From positions 1-64,000 of the IMG/VR virus record IMGVR_UViG_3300033074_001483: a stretch of 64,000 bases of DNA. One strand, given 5' to 3'. A program made the position numbers and the translations under genes. A model generated the notes under the pieces. It had not been told where the DNA came from and made no database searches. It saw only the letters and a list, made by a program, of their open reading frames with translations. The stretch is from a virus. Its lineage: Duplodnaviria > Caudoviricetes. Below, piece by piece: positions 1 through 9,928 of this stretch (positions within the stretch are counted from its first letter, which is position 1; every line of letters begins with the position of its first letter).

Positions 1-2029
1 TTGGGGGGGAATGTGTTGGATAATGCCATCCAAGAAGGCGAATTCCTACTTGTGGACATCCAAGAATGTTTGGAAGGAATAAACTTTGAGATACAGTAAA
101 ACTTCCAGATACTTTTGTTGTTTGAGTAGGGTCGGCATTTGCTCCACCAATAACAGTATAAAAGCTTTCACCATCTGGGTCAAATGTCTGAATTGTATTC
201 AAATCAGAATAAACCAATGTAGAATTAACATCGAATAGTTCTGCTTTGAACTGGAAAGTTTCATTTCTTACATGGAGTGGGAATGGTATTTTCGTGAACA
301 AAATATCAGGTGAAAATCCATAATCACCGTACACCTTTAAGGACAATTCGGAAAAAGTTGGATAGCAACGGTATGGTACTATGACAAGAGTTCCATAGTA
401 ATCTTCCAGCGGTGTAAAGAATATCATTTGCTTATCGGGAAACCTTTTTAGAGTTGTTTTTTCCTTCGTTGTAATTTCGCCAAGCCAAAGACCATGTGGA
501 GATCTATAGTTCTTTTCTTGCCGAATAGACGGTATGGAACTTGTGAAATAGAACGATATCTTAGCACTTGTATCACTTAATGCTTTTTCAAACTGACAAT
601 TGAATGATAGGACATACAACGCTCCAGCCTTCAAACTAATGAAATTAGAGTTGTATGCGTCCCCCTGTAAATTGAGGAAGGAAGAACTTTCATAAGGAGC
701 ATATTCAGCACTTCCCGTAGTCCTCGGGGAATCTGCTTTCACAATGACATAACTTCCTCCATCTACCTTGGCGAATGAAGACGATGCTCCCATAATCTTC
801 ATCGCATCAATGTACGGGGTGACGGAATGTGATAGTTGTAATTCTCTTGAACTCGTAAACCAATACTTGCCAATATGGACTTGATTGTAGAACCTTCCCA
901 TTTCGGGATAAGTTTGATTGGCAGTAATTGCCCCGAGAGGTTCATCCACAACTAGTTGAAAGTCACCGGGATAAATCAAACTCTTACGATAGAGTTTGTG
1001 ACGAGCAATGAATCCTGAAAATGCTTTAAGATTTCGGTACACGATTTCTGCATATGACTCCTTGATGAAGAATACATTTCCCTGAGCATCTTTGGTTTTG
1101 GCATAAGCGTCAGAAGCAGTATTGTAAGCAACCCATGTATAGGAAGCAGTGAAAACACCGGCGTTGATACTTGATACAAATTGATCTTTGCCTTGGGTAT
1201 AGTAAAAAGCATCCGTCGTGATAAGAGTTTTGCTATCCAACACTTTCTTTACTTTGAAAGAAGCTGTTACGCCCGGAACGATACTTTCTCTATATGAAAA
1301 TGGTTGTTGAATGTTGTAAGCTTTGATATTAAACGATTGACCTTCCATCTGACTATTGAAAGATGATGTTGGAAAGATCGTCGGCGTGATTACGTTTGAT
1401 GGACCTGCGGCTAAAGAAATCCGATAGTCAATATCGGTTTTCTTCAGGTCTATTTTTCTACGATTTGTATCTTTTGGAGGGTTGGCGGGATATGAATGAA
1501 AACTTCCGGTAAATGGAATTGTTCTCGTCAAAATTTCGGCAACGTCATTCGTAACGACGGGATAGAGCAGACCACGAACCTCAAGCGTTGGTTTGTTATA
1601 GAAACGAACTTTGGATGCGTTATGAAGAGTCTTATCAATGGTTATATTCGTTCTCCATCTAACGACCTCACCTTTTTTTGTTTTCCCGACAAAGATAAGT
1701 TTACCTGCCCCGTTGTACGTTTCATCAAAAATATTGACAGAAACCACATATTGGGCAACGTCGGCGTACTGGACATTGCTTTTGGGAAACTCTATGAAGA
1801 GGGAGTTGCCATCAGAATCCAAACATTCAACTTGAATTTCGGAACCGGGTTCCAAGAAGTCAGACCCGTTAAATGCAACTGGATTTTTACCCGCCGTAAA
1901 GACAGGATTGAACTCGGCAACTACGAAATACTTGGATAGATAGGTGGTATCGTCAATATCCACCTTCATGGTGTCAAGACCTAACTCGACACCCTTCTTT
2001 CCAAAACTTGAGAGTATTTGATGGGCCAT
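1..2029 (-). CDS. Putative virion structural protein, partial (runs off the left edge; absent from the ORF track)
   Basis: Manual translation from ATG at 2029 (MAHQILSSFGKKGVELGLDTMKVDIDDTTYLSKYFVVAEFNPVFTAGKN...) is open for 676 codons to base 1. Preceded by the TATTTATA motif at 2035-2042. Beta-rich composition like the other structural genes; function inferred. Confidence 0.8.
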   Translation of the reverse strand, partial: MAHQILSSFGKKGVELGLDTMKVDIDDTTYLSKYFVVAEFNPVFTAGKNPVAFNGSDFLEPGSEIQVECLDSDGNSLFIEFPKSNVQYADVAQYVVSVNIFDETYNGAGKLIFVGKTKKGEVVRWRTNITIDKTLHNASKVRFYNKPTLEVRGLLYPVVTNDVAEILTRTIPFTGSFHSYPANPPKDTNRRKIDLKKTDIDYRISLAAGPSNVITPTIFPTSSFNSQMEGQSFNIKAYNIQQPFSYRESIVPGVTASFKVKKVLDSKTLITTDAFYYTQGKDQFVSSINAGVFTASYTWVAYNTASDAYAKTKDAQGNVFFIKESYAEIVYRNLKAFSGFIARHKLYRKSLIYPGDFQLVVDEPLGAITANQTYPEMGRFYNQVHIGKYWFTSSRELQLSHSVTPYIDAMKIMGASSSFAKVDGGSYVIVKADSPRTTGSAEYAPYESSSFLNLQGDAYNSNFISLKAGALYVLSFNCQFEKALSDTSAKISFYFTSSIPSIRQEKNYRSPHGLWLGEITTKEKTTLKRFPDKQMIFFTPLEDYYGTLVIVPYRCYPTFSELSLKVYGDYGFSPDILFTKIPFPLHVRNETFQFKAELFDVNSTLVYSDLNTIQTFDPDGESFYTVIGGANADPTQTTKVSGSFTVSQSLFLPNILGCPQVGIRLLGWHYPTHSPP

Positions 2030-2102
2030 ACGAGTATAAATACTCGCTGGCCCACCTTTTTACTCAAATTCTACCTTGGAGAAACTGCCTTCCCTCTTGA
2101 TT

Positions 2103-3245
2103 CTATGTTAAAGAGACTGGTATTAAAGTTTTTAAGACATTTTTCAAGCTTCCCGCCCCCTTGTGATACTCTTGACGTATGAAAAGTGATTTCTTTCCTT
2201 TACTGCGGAATTCCATTGTTATTGAAGGATTGCCATCAACGTCTATAGCAATTGACTCAGCTCTAACACGGATTTCCCCGAAATTGAGATAGTGGTCAAT
2301 AATGTCATTGAATTTGTAAAACTGATAGGTTCCGTCTTCTTGCTTGGCTCCAAGCACATTGGCATTTCCATCATCTGTCAGATACTTGGTTAAAAATTTT
2401 CTCAGTTTTTCTATATCGTTAAGCTCGGCAAGAATGGCAGTAAGTTGTTCGCTCACACCAAAGGATTTTCTCCGTTCTTCCATGTAATCATCGAATCCCG
2501 TGTGGTGTTTTCGCAAAAATGCATAGATGGTTTTTTTATCAATTCCTTCCCTGTACATTTCCCTGCACGCATTTAGGTGTTGGGAAAGGTTGACCTTAAC
2601 CCATTCGATTACATCTGTCTTCTCTTCATCGTGATGTTTATCCCGACATGCACAAAACTTGTAGAGTGGATGTTCCTTCCCCCAGTAGTCCCCAACTTCG
2701 TTCGTGGCGTGCAAACACCACTGCACTATATCAATGTCTCCTTTAAGAGACATACGATATTCTGTATCCGAAGTGGTTATCAGTGTAACATCCCGCTTTT
2801 CCGAATTGTGTTCGACGACAACCGAATCGTGTAAGTTTTTGGGGCGTTTAGACCTTCCGTGTAAGGTAGTCTTTTTGACTAGAGGATCGGTAGTGTATTT
2901 GTTACAGAAAGTAACTTCGTCATCCATTCCCCCCACCTTTTGCCGAGATGCTTCTTGCGAACGCTTGACCTTGGCGTTCCCTTTCAATACTTCTATTTTG
3001 GCAGGTATTGTTTGGTCTAAGTCCTGCCAGTACCGCAATTCACGACGCCACTCGTCGCATATTTCTTCCTCGGTCATTTTGTCAATTTTCCAAGAAGGAG
3101 ACCCCACGAAAGAAGGATACGGATTTATCCCCGCCTTATTGGCTAGGACATTGTACTCTTGAATTAGAGGGTTATTTTTGTGCCGCAGCATCGAGCATTG
3201 TGCTACCAATGGTTTCCGTGCTGCATCAAATTCATCAATTGTCAT
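2103..3245 (-). CDS. Hypothetical protein, candidate PD-(D/E)XK restriction endonuclease
   Basis: Contains KRDVTLITTSDTEYRMSLKG, resembling the K-x-D...S-L-K active-site variant of some type II REases. Lies directly downstream of a DNA methylase. Start placed at MTIDEF. Confidence 0.45.
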   Translation of the reverse strand: MTIDEFDAARKPLVAQCSMLRHKNNPLIQEYNVLANKAGINPYPSFVGSPSWKIDKMTEEEICDEWRRELRYWQDLDQTIPAKIEVLKGNAKVKRSQEASRQKVGGMDDEVTFCNKYTTDPLVKKTTLHGRSKRPKNLHDSVVVEHNSEKRDVTLITTSDTEYRMSLKGDIDIVQWCLHATNEVGDYWGKEHPLYKFCACRDKHHDEEKTDVIEWVKVNLSQHLNACREMYREGIDKKTIYAFLRKHHTGFDDYMEERRKSFGVSEQLTAILAELNDIEKLRKFLTKYLTDDGNANVLGAKQEDGTYQFYKFNDIIDHYLNFGEIRVRAESIAIDVDGNPSITMEFRSKGKKSLFIRQEYHKGAGSLKNVLKTLIPVSLT

Positions 3246-3282
3246 ACTTCGAGAGTATGACATAGACACTCATCAAAGTCAA

Positions 3283-4347
3283 TTAAAAAGTGTCTGTTCC
3301 GGCAAATAATCCACTCGAAATAGCGTTCATTAAAGGAGCTGACGGGGATGTGTTGATGACCAAAACTTCGTGAGATTCTTTCTTTTGAGCTTGTTGCTTT
3401 TGTTCCTCCGTCATCTTCTTCTCAACCACGCCGACTTTCACTTCACGATTTACGCCAATTCGTTTTTCTCCCTGAGAATAGCTATAGTGCCATGTAGGAT
3501 ATTCAAAACGAAACTCTTTATACCATTCTCGGATGGTTGGGCAGTTGTTGTACGACAGAATAAACCCTCCCTTATGTGATTTCAGAAGATCACGTAAAGC
3601 ATCGTGATCAAATCCACGATGATGAATTGGGAAGTTGCAGTTTGGATACAAAGGCTTAAAGAGTTCATTTTTCTTACCCGAATCGGCATCCTCATCCATT
3701 CTCTCATAGTATGGAGGGTCTGCATAAACAAAATCATCGGAGTGTTTCGACATTACTTGTTGAAAGTCTCCCCACTTTACTTTGAGATTTGGGCACTTGA
3801 AGTCTCTTAGACGAGCAATAATTTGTTTATGTACTTTCGCCTTTAGATATACCGACGAAGGCCATCCAAGAAACATTGGTCCGTAGGAGTATTGATGATT
3901 GTAATAGTACATGGCAACAAACTTCAATCGTTTGATGTCATTCTCAAATAAAATCTTATCTCCACGCTTGACAATATCTTTGTGTTGCTCCCACCACTCT
4001 TTGAGTTCTTCCCGAGTCTCGGTAAAGCACGTTTTCGTAGGTTTGTATTCCGCAACAGCGTCGGACAATTCTTTCGGACTTTTCAAAACTAGATTCCAGA
4101 ATTCTACCAGAGGTTGAAAAATGTCGTATCCAACAACCTCTATGTCTGGGCGAATGGTTGCCATATAGAGTTCGAACGATGCTCCACCAATAAACGGGGA
4201 TATGATCCGTTTAACACCTGATGGTACGTGTGGTGCAATCAATTTTGCAGCTTTCGTTTTGCCCCCGGCGTACCTTATGGGAGAATAAATTCGCTTTGGT
4301 TCACTCATAGTCATGCATAAATTATCACATTTCTTTACTATCATCAA
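3283..4347 (-). CDS. dam: D12-class N6-adenine DNA methyltransferase (Dam family)
   Basis: Motifs SPIRYAGGK, ISPFIGGAS and FVYADPPY. The true start may be 4308 or 4314. Confidence 0.9.
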   Translation of the reverse strand: MMIVKKCDNLCMTMSEPKRIYSPIRYAGGKTKAAKLIAPHVPSGVKRIISPFIGGASFELYMATIRPDIEVVGYDIFQPLVEFWNLVLKSPKELSDAVAEYKPTKTCFTETREELKEWWEQHKDIVKRGDKILFENDIKRLKFVAMYYYNHQYSYGPMFLGWPSSVYLKAKVHKQIIARLRDFKCPNLKVKWGDFQQVMSKHSDDFVYADPPYYERMDEDADSGKKNELFKPLYPNCNFPIHHRGFDHDALRDLLKSHKGGFILSYNNCPTIREWYKEFRFEYPTWHYSYSQGEKRIGVNREVKVGVVEKKMTEEQKQQAQKKESHEVLVINTSPSAPLMNAISSGLFAGTDTF

Positions 4348-4358
4348 CTTATTTTAAG

Positions 4359-4985
4359 TTAAAATTTCACAAGCTGTCCTCGGTAAGCATCATACCTCCA
4401 AAATTCACACCCAAGATAGTCCTTGATCTGCCTCATACGCTCCACATCCTTTTCTCGCAGAGCACCATAGATGTAATGCCTCGGTTCATCATATTCCACT
4501 ACGATATTCAACGTAGGTTCATAGTAATCAACGAAATATCCAAGATGCTCAATGAAATGTTGTCGGTTTCCAAACCACCCACGTTCCTTTTCTAGCTGGT
4601 CGAAGTATTGCTGTTCATTTTTACCCAAATTGCTAATTCGTCCACTACCACTTCGTTGAAGGCGTAGCACCCGAAGGCAAGCAGCTACACGCATTTTTCT
4701 ACATGTTTCGAAGTCGTGCTTCTTTCCATAAAAAGGATTGAGATTATCATACCGATGGACTCCATACATTCCATTTCTTGACCCTCGCATTTTTTGTTTG
4801 ACACTTTCAGGATGTCTTCGCTTAGATTGAGATTCGGACATTTTATGACGAGTAGAATCCGAGGGATGTCTGCCAAAAAATGTACATGATCTACATAATC
4901 TCTTTTGTCGCTCTGCAAAATTCTTGTTTCCAATACTGCTGTAAGTCAAGATGTCATTACACTGCGGGCATTTTCTTGTCAGCAT
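4359..4985 (-). CDS. Putative homing endonuclease (Zn ribbon + NUMOD3 + Vsr/DUF559-like nuclease domain)
   Basis: CPQC...CRSC, NUMOD3-like HPSDSTRHKMSESQ, C-terminal VDYYEPTLNIVVEYDEPRH. Start placed at MLTRKC. Confidence 0.75.
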   Translation of the reverse strand: MLTRKCPQCNDILTYSSIGNKNFAERQKRLCRSCTFFGRHPSDSTRHKMSESQSKRRHPESVKQKMRGSRNGMYGVHRYDNLNPFYGKKHDFETCRKMRVAACLRVLRLQRSGSGRISNLGKNEQQYFDQLEKERGWFGNRQHFIEHLGYFVDYYEPTLNIVVEYDEPRHYIYGALREKDVERMRQIKDYLGCEFWRYDAYRGQLVKF

Positions 4986-5106
4986 AGTATCGTTGCATAC
5001 GCTCTCGGTTGACTCGTTTTTTGTTGCGATGATACCATTCCCGCCTCCATCGTCGTTTAGATTCAAGTTGTGCATCTTCTGTCTTGTATTTTAGTTTTCG
5101 TCCCAT
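4957..5106 (-). CDS. Small basic protein (49 aa, MGRKLKYKTEDAQLESKRRW...)
   Basis: AGGAG Shine-Dalgarno and TACTTATA motif (5119-5126) upstream. Overlaps the start of the downstream endonuclease by 29 nt. Confidence 0.6.
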   Translation of the reverse strand: MGRKLKYKTEDAQLESKRRWRREWYHRNKKRVNRERMQRYYADKKMPAV

Positions 5107-5156
5107 TGGACTCCTTTCTATAAGTATATTACTCCAAGCAAAAAACTCCAACTATT

Positions 5157-8100
5157 TCACTCAAAAACGACTTTGCTCAGGCTACCCGAGCGGGTAATCT
5201 CGATCTGTTTATCTACTGCATCTTTCAGTACATCCAAATGTGAAATGATAAGTATGAAATCAAATCTGGATTTCAAAAACTGGAACAGCGTGTACATAGA
5301 CGCAAGGTTATCGGGGTCGAGCGTTCCGAAGCCTTCATCCACAGCACAAAAACTACATTTTGGTAGATTAGAAATCTCCGTAAGAGCAACTCGAATTGCC
5401 ACGGATGCCACAAATCGCTCATACCCCGAAGTCAGTTCAATTGGCCAACGTCCGTGTTCATAGACCACGTACGGAATGACATTCTTACCATCTGTCTCAA
5501 ACTGAATAGTATAGTCAACCACTTGACTGAGAATGGAGTTGACTTCTTTCTCAATCTCGGGAACGGTATTGCAAATGACTTGGTAAGGAATACCATCCCG
5601 ACCCACAGATTGTAGATAGAGTTGATAGGAATCAAATTCATACTCCATCTCCTGCACTTCCTGTATCGTCTTGGTAAGAGTTAAGATTTGATTGCGGAAC
5701 AATTCTCGCTTACCCGAGATTTCCATAAGCACTCGGTTTTGTTTCTGGAATTCAACGTCCAACTTGGTGAGCGTATTGCGATATGAATCAATCTTCGATT
5801 GAATCTTAACATTGGCTTCTACCGCTACTTGATTGCGATGGTAGAGTTCAATTTGCTGTGTAATGGTCTTGGCGGCAGTATCCAGCCTCTCCAACTCATT
5901 GGTTGCGATAATGATGTTTTTGCTGAACTTCGCACATTCATCCTTGATTTGACCACGTATAGTCAAGAGTTTAGTGTACGTTTCATAGGACTTCTCGACC
6001 CATTGGAATTTGGCAAGTTCGGAGCGGAGACCTTCCAACACGTCCATCATTTTGTCCGCTTCTTTTTTGTCTTCGGCAAGTTCTTTCTTCGCCTTTGTTG
6101 CATCTTTGACAAAGGCATTGTTGCAACAAAACTTGCAGTTGGGGTCATATTCATGTTTGTCTAGCTTGGCAGCCTTTTCCAACTTACCCTTGATTTCAAC
6201 CTTCTTGAGGTCAATCTTTTGCTTCAAGGCAGTAATCTTGTCGGACAACTCTTTGTGAGTCTTGTGTGCCTCAACAAAGTTGGACTTCTCAATCTTATCA
6301 ATCTCTCCATTGTGTTCCAATAGATTTTTCTCGGCAAGAGCAAGTTGCCCTCGATTATCATCAATCAGCTTTCGCTTCGCCGCCAACGTTTCCTCGGCAG
6401 TTTTTCGGCGTGCCTCCAAGAAACCAATGTCCGTTGGAACGTCAGTATCCAACTTGATAAGGTTTGCCGTTTCCGCAATAATCTGGTCATTGACGGCGGC
6501 AATCTGATTCTTCAGACTGGTCACTTCCTTGTCCACTTCTGCAAACAAACTGTCGGCGTGGGCAAGAGCATTCTGATTCTGTTGAATCTCGTGGGGATAG
6601 TTCTTATCCTTGTGAAGCTTGAGCACGGCAGTCAATTCTCGGTTTCGGTCACGGGCAGATTCGTCCAAGCGATCAAACACATTAAGTCCGATGAATTGTA
6701 CAAGCAAATCCTTGCGCTCACTGTTTCCCATGTCAATGAACGATGACAGATTCTTGGCACTTTGAAATGACGCAGCTGTAAGAATGAAATCCTCATATGT
6801 CCCAATGTAATCACGGATGATGTCATTGGTATCACGACGAGCAGTACCATGAAGTTCTTCTTCCACTCCATTTACAACCTTCCAAAACTTCACATCAACC
6901 TTGACATTACCCGAGCGAGTAGTTGAACCCTTACGTTCAATGAAGTATCGGACACCAGCAATCTCAAACTCCAACTTGCATTTGAAGCTGGTCTTTTGCA
7001 CATTGAGGACGTGCATACCTTTGAATCCTCGGTCGAACTTGTCAAAGAGACAGAAGATGAGAGCAGAGAGAATACTTGATTTACCGGACCTGTTAGGACC
7101 AAAAATACCATAGACACCACTCATCTGAGTAAAATCAATGACATTGTTTTCCCCATAGGTAAACATATTGTCAAACTCAAAACGGATGGGTTTCCACTTG
7201 AGATTGCGAGAGAATTCGTCACGCTTGATGAGCTGATTGGTATTCCTATTGATGGCAATGATAGCATCAATTTTGGCAGGGTCAACGATCTGAAGCTTCT
7301 TCTGTAGGAACTCAGTAATGAGACGATTCTGATAGTCAACGTTCGTCAAGTCTGTCAGAACAATGTCTTTGCATAACGGGATAATGTCTTTCTTGTCTCG
7401 CTCTTGATCCATGCGGACATAGGCAATCTCAACTACTTGTGCCTTCTGTTTAATGTCAGCAATGACTTGTTTGACTTCGGAGGCAATGGTCTCGAAACAC
7501 TTAGCACGGAGACGGACTTTCTTTGGCAAATCTGCCAAGTCGGTTACGAGTTTTCCCTTGTTGATGTCAATGGTGAAATATCCGAAATCATTTTTGAGTT
7601 CATGGAAGGTGTACTTGCGAGTAGCCAGATTCCACAGAGAGTATCCGTGATTCTTCAATGTCTCACCATGATTCTGTTGAATCATGCTACCAACATAGTG
7701 TATGCAAGGCTTATGGTTATCTGGGTCATAGTCCTGCATATCTTGCTTCTTATGTATGTCACCGAGAAGTGCAATATCATGCCAGTCAAATAATGGCGGC
7801 ATAATGGCGGGGTTGCTGATAGCGTATCCAGTATCCAATGATGCCTTATCTACTGGGCCGTGGAACATAGCGATGATATGCTCATATTGATTCCGATATA
7901 CATCTGGTATCGTATTGCCCATAATGTAGTGTTCAGGTTGGTCAAATACGCCCATATTATTAAAGAGAACATTCCCAAATCCATACAACCCCGTCGTCTT
8001 GAGATAGAAGACGTTGTTGTGATTGAGTGCATCAACAATGGGGGTCAAGCTATCCAGACGGCTCTTATTGGATAGAGTTGCGTCGTGATTGCCAGCTATG

Positions 8101-8363
8101 AGAATCAATGGGCGAAGATCGGCAATACCTTTGAAAAGGTCGGTCGCCATTTGTACGCACTCCGGGCTCAAGTCAGACTTGCTGTGGAATACGTCGCCGA
8201 GAAGGGCAACCAATGTGGTAGGTGGAGTCTTCTTGATTTCTTCGTAGAGGTTGTTGAACACTTCACGATATTCATCGTGTCGCTTATTCAGACGAATGTG
8301 TATGTCTGCTACGTGCAGAATATGTGAGTATTTGGGAATGGGAGAGTTAAGTAGAGTAATCAT
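5157..8363 (-). CDS. SbcD-SbcC (Mre11-Rad50 / gp47-gp46) fusion recombination nuclease-ATPase
   Basis: N-terminal metallophosphoesterase motifs (ADIH, GDVFH, GNHD, LGDIH), Walker A GPNRSGKS, long coiled coil with CKFC zinc hook, signature LTSGYE, Walker B AVDEGFG. Confidence 0.9.
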   Translation of the reverse strand: MITLLNSPIPKYSHILHVADIHIRLNKRHDEYREVFNNLYEEIKKTPPTTLVALLGDVFHSKSDLSPECVQMATDLFKGIADLRPLILIAGNHDATLSNKSRLDSLTPIVDALNHNNVFYLKTTGLYGFGNVLFNNMGVFDQPEHYIMGNTIPDVYRNQYEHIIAMFHGPVDKASLDTGYAISNPAIMPPLFDWHDIALLGDIHKKQDMQDYDPDNHKPCIHYVGSMIQQNHGETLKNHGYSLWNLATRKYTFHELKNDFGYFTIDINKGKLVTDLADLPKKVRLRAKCFETIASEVKQVIADIKQKAQVVEIAYVRMDQERDKKDIIPLCKDIVLTDLTNVDYQNRLITEFLQKKLQIVDPAKIDAIIAINRNTNQLIKRDEFSRNLKWKPIRFEFDNMFTYGENNVIDFTQMSGVYGIFGPNRSGKSSILSALIFCLFDKFDRGFKGMHVLNVQKTSFKCKLEFEIAGVRYFIERKGSTTRSGNVKVDVKFWKVVNGVEEELHGTARRDTNDIIRDYIGTYEDFILTAASFQSAKNLSSFIDMGNSERKDLLVQFIGLNVFDRLDESARDRNRELTAVLKLHKDKNYPHEIQQNQNALAHADSLFAEVDKEVTSLKNQIAAVNDQIIAETANLIKLDTDVPTDIGFLEARRKTAEETLAAKRKLIDDNRGQLALAEKNLLEHNGEIDKIEKSNFVEAHKTHKELSDKITALKQKIDLKKVEIKGKLEKAAKLDKHEYDPNCKFCCNNAFVKDATKAKKELAEDKKEADKMMDVLEGLRSELAKFQWVEKSYETYTKLLTIRGQIKDECAKFSKNIIIATNELERLDTAAKTITQQIELYHRNQVAVEANVKIQSKIDSYRNTLTKLDVEFQKQNRVLMEISGKRELFRNQILTLTKTIQEVQEMEYEFDSYQLYLQSVGRDGIPYQVICNTVPEIEKEVNSILSQVVDYTIQFETDGKNVIPYVVYEHGRWPIELTSGYERFVASVAIRVALTEISNLPKCSFCAVDEGFGTLDPDNLASMYTLFQFLKSRFDFILIISHLDVLKDAVDKQIEITRSGSLSKVVFE

Positions 8364-9301
8364 AATCCAAGTCTGTGTTTAAGAAAATCCATGAAGTCCA
8401 CCGCTTCGGCAGGATGTCGGATTGCGGCATGAGTTTTGGCAAATCCCATTGCGGCTGGGTCTTTACCATTAAGTTTAACCAGTTTGACTTCAAGACCGGG
8501 AACTTGTTTCATCAACAATTCACAATTGCGTATTGAATCTTCTGGGGCATCGCTGTCCAGAATCATGTTGACTTGTTTCGTTTTATTCAAAATCATTCGC
8601 TCTCTCAAAGTCTTTGACGGATACTTTCCAAAAAGAGGAATCGCATTGTTTCGGATGGCAATCGCATCGAAAACTCCTTCACAGAGGTTGAGTGGTTCAT
8701 GGTAATTGATGAAACTTTCAAACCCGACCAGCTCCATCGGAACTTCTGGTTTCTTATGTGGGATTGCTCCTTCTGTGTCATAATATCTTCGTCCAATGAA
8801 AAAGTTGAGATTGCCGTTGGCATCGTAGGAAGGAACGATAATATGATATGCATAGTCACCTTCTTCACAATACCCGATATTGTACCTAACTATGTCTTCG
8901 TGAGTGATTCCACGTTTCTTTAAGTAAGTGAAGGCATTCTTATATTCCACGTCATTTCGAGGAATAGAAAGCGGAATGAACTCTTCTGGAAGAACAACAT
9001 CGTTTGGGGAAGGCTTTTTACGACTGCGGACAGAAAGGCGAAGGTCGCCGGTGAGTTTTAGAAGACGATCCCGATAGGATTTGGGTGCTTTAACTTTGGT
9101 CAGAAAAGACCCAAGAAACGAACCCTTGATATTGCACGTCCAACAATGCCATTGTCCCGTCTCCAAGTTGATTTCTAGCTTGCGTTTGTAGTGATGGCAG
9201 CAGGGACAAAAATAAACCGCTTGGTTTCCTCCCTTTCTCAATCGGGCGGTTTGATTTAGCAGTTCATTGAGCAGAGAAACAATCTGCGACTGTACGAGCA
9301 T
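8360..9301 (-). CDS. DNA primase-like protein (Zn finger + Toprim)
   Basis: CPCC-H...WHCWTC zinc-binding domain, CEGVFDA and ILDSD Toprim motifs. Confidence 0.8.
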   Translation of the reverse strand: MLVQSQIVSLLNELLNQTARLRKGGNQAVYFCPCCHHYKRKLEINLETGQWHCWTCNIKGSFLGSFLTKVKAPKSYRDRLLKLTGDLRLSVRSRKKPSPNDVVLPEEFIPLSIPRNDVEYKNAFTYLKKRGITHEDIVRYNIGYCEEGDYAYHIIVPSYDANGNLNFFIGRRYYDTEGAIPHKKPEVPMELVGFESFINYHEPLNLCEGVFDAIAIRNNAIPLFGKYPSKTLRERMILNKTKQVNMILDSDAPEDSIRNCELLMKQVPGLEVKLVKLNGKDPAAMGFAKTHAAIRHPAEAVDFMDFLKHRLGL

Positions 9302-9309
9302 GACCCCAC

Positions 9310-9338
9310 TATACTCGACTTACCGAGGAAACTCAACT
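9310..9338 (-). promoter_or_regulatory. Sigma70-like promoter upstream of primase/SbcCD
   Basis: TTGAGT-17 nt-TATAGT just upstream of the ATG at 9301. Confidence 0.6.
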
Positions 9339-9662
9339 TATTTTAATCTCACACTTGGGTAGGGTGAGTTGGGAGTTATTATACTCGTCCAATTGTTCTT
9401 CGAGGCGACTTTTCGCCATGTGAAGGTCAATCCGATACCATTCCCCTTTTATTTCGAGGGCAAAAGGTTTCATGGTTTCCTTGATTCGCTTCTCTGCTTC
9501 ACGAAATTCGGGATGATGAAGAGAATAGACAATTCGATAACGTCTGAGGGGGTCTCCCGTTTGGTAAGTATGAAGGCGAGTGGTCAAGTCGGCAGTAGTG
9601 CCAACCTTAATCCAGCCGGGGAAGGCTTCATTGATAATGATGTATAAGTAACCTGATTTCAA
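9333..9662 (-). CDS. GIY-YIG superfamily T5orf172-domain protein
   Basis: GYLYII...WIKVGTTADLTTRL...QTG and GEWY motifs. TTG start assumed. Confidence 0.75.
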   Translation of the reverse strand: MKSGYLYIIINEAFPGWIKVGTTADLTTRLHTYQTGDPLRRYRIVYSLHHPEFREAEKRIKETMKPFALEIKGEWYRIDLHMAKSRLEEQLDEYNNSQLTLPKCEIKIS

Positions 9663-9667
9663 TGGTG

Positions 9668-9892
9668 TTATTCTTGTTCCAGACCTACCCCATAGATTTT
9701 CTTGTACTTGGGGCAGGAATGCATACAATCGTCACAAACTATTTCTTCGTCCCAACGAGCAAAATCTTTCCAATTTCCCTCTGCAACATTATAGTATCCA
9801 CCAGTGACAATTGCGCCCGTGGATGGGCATACACCAATTGTTCCATGAACAACTTTCCCACAACGATCACATATTACGGTGATGTCTTTCAT
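9668..9892 (-). CDS. Small Cys-rich (zinc-binding) hypothetical protein
   Basis: CDRC...C...CDDC..C pattern. TATTTAT motif 7 nt upstream of ATG 9892. Confidence 0.6.
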   Translation of the reverse strand: MKDITVICDRCGKVVHGTIGVCPSTGAIVTGGYYNVAEGNWKDFARWDEEIVCDDCMHSCPKYKKIYGVGLEQE

Positions 9893-9928
9893 ACATCGAA
9901 TAAATATCACTCTGCCATAGCAATCGTA

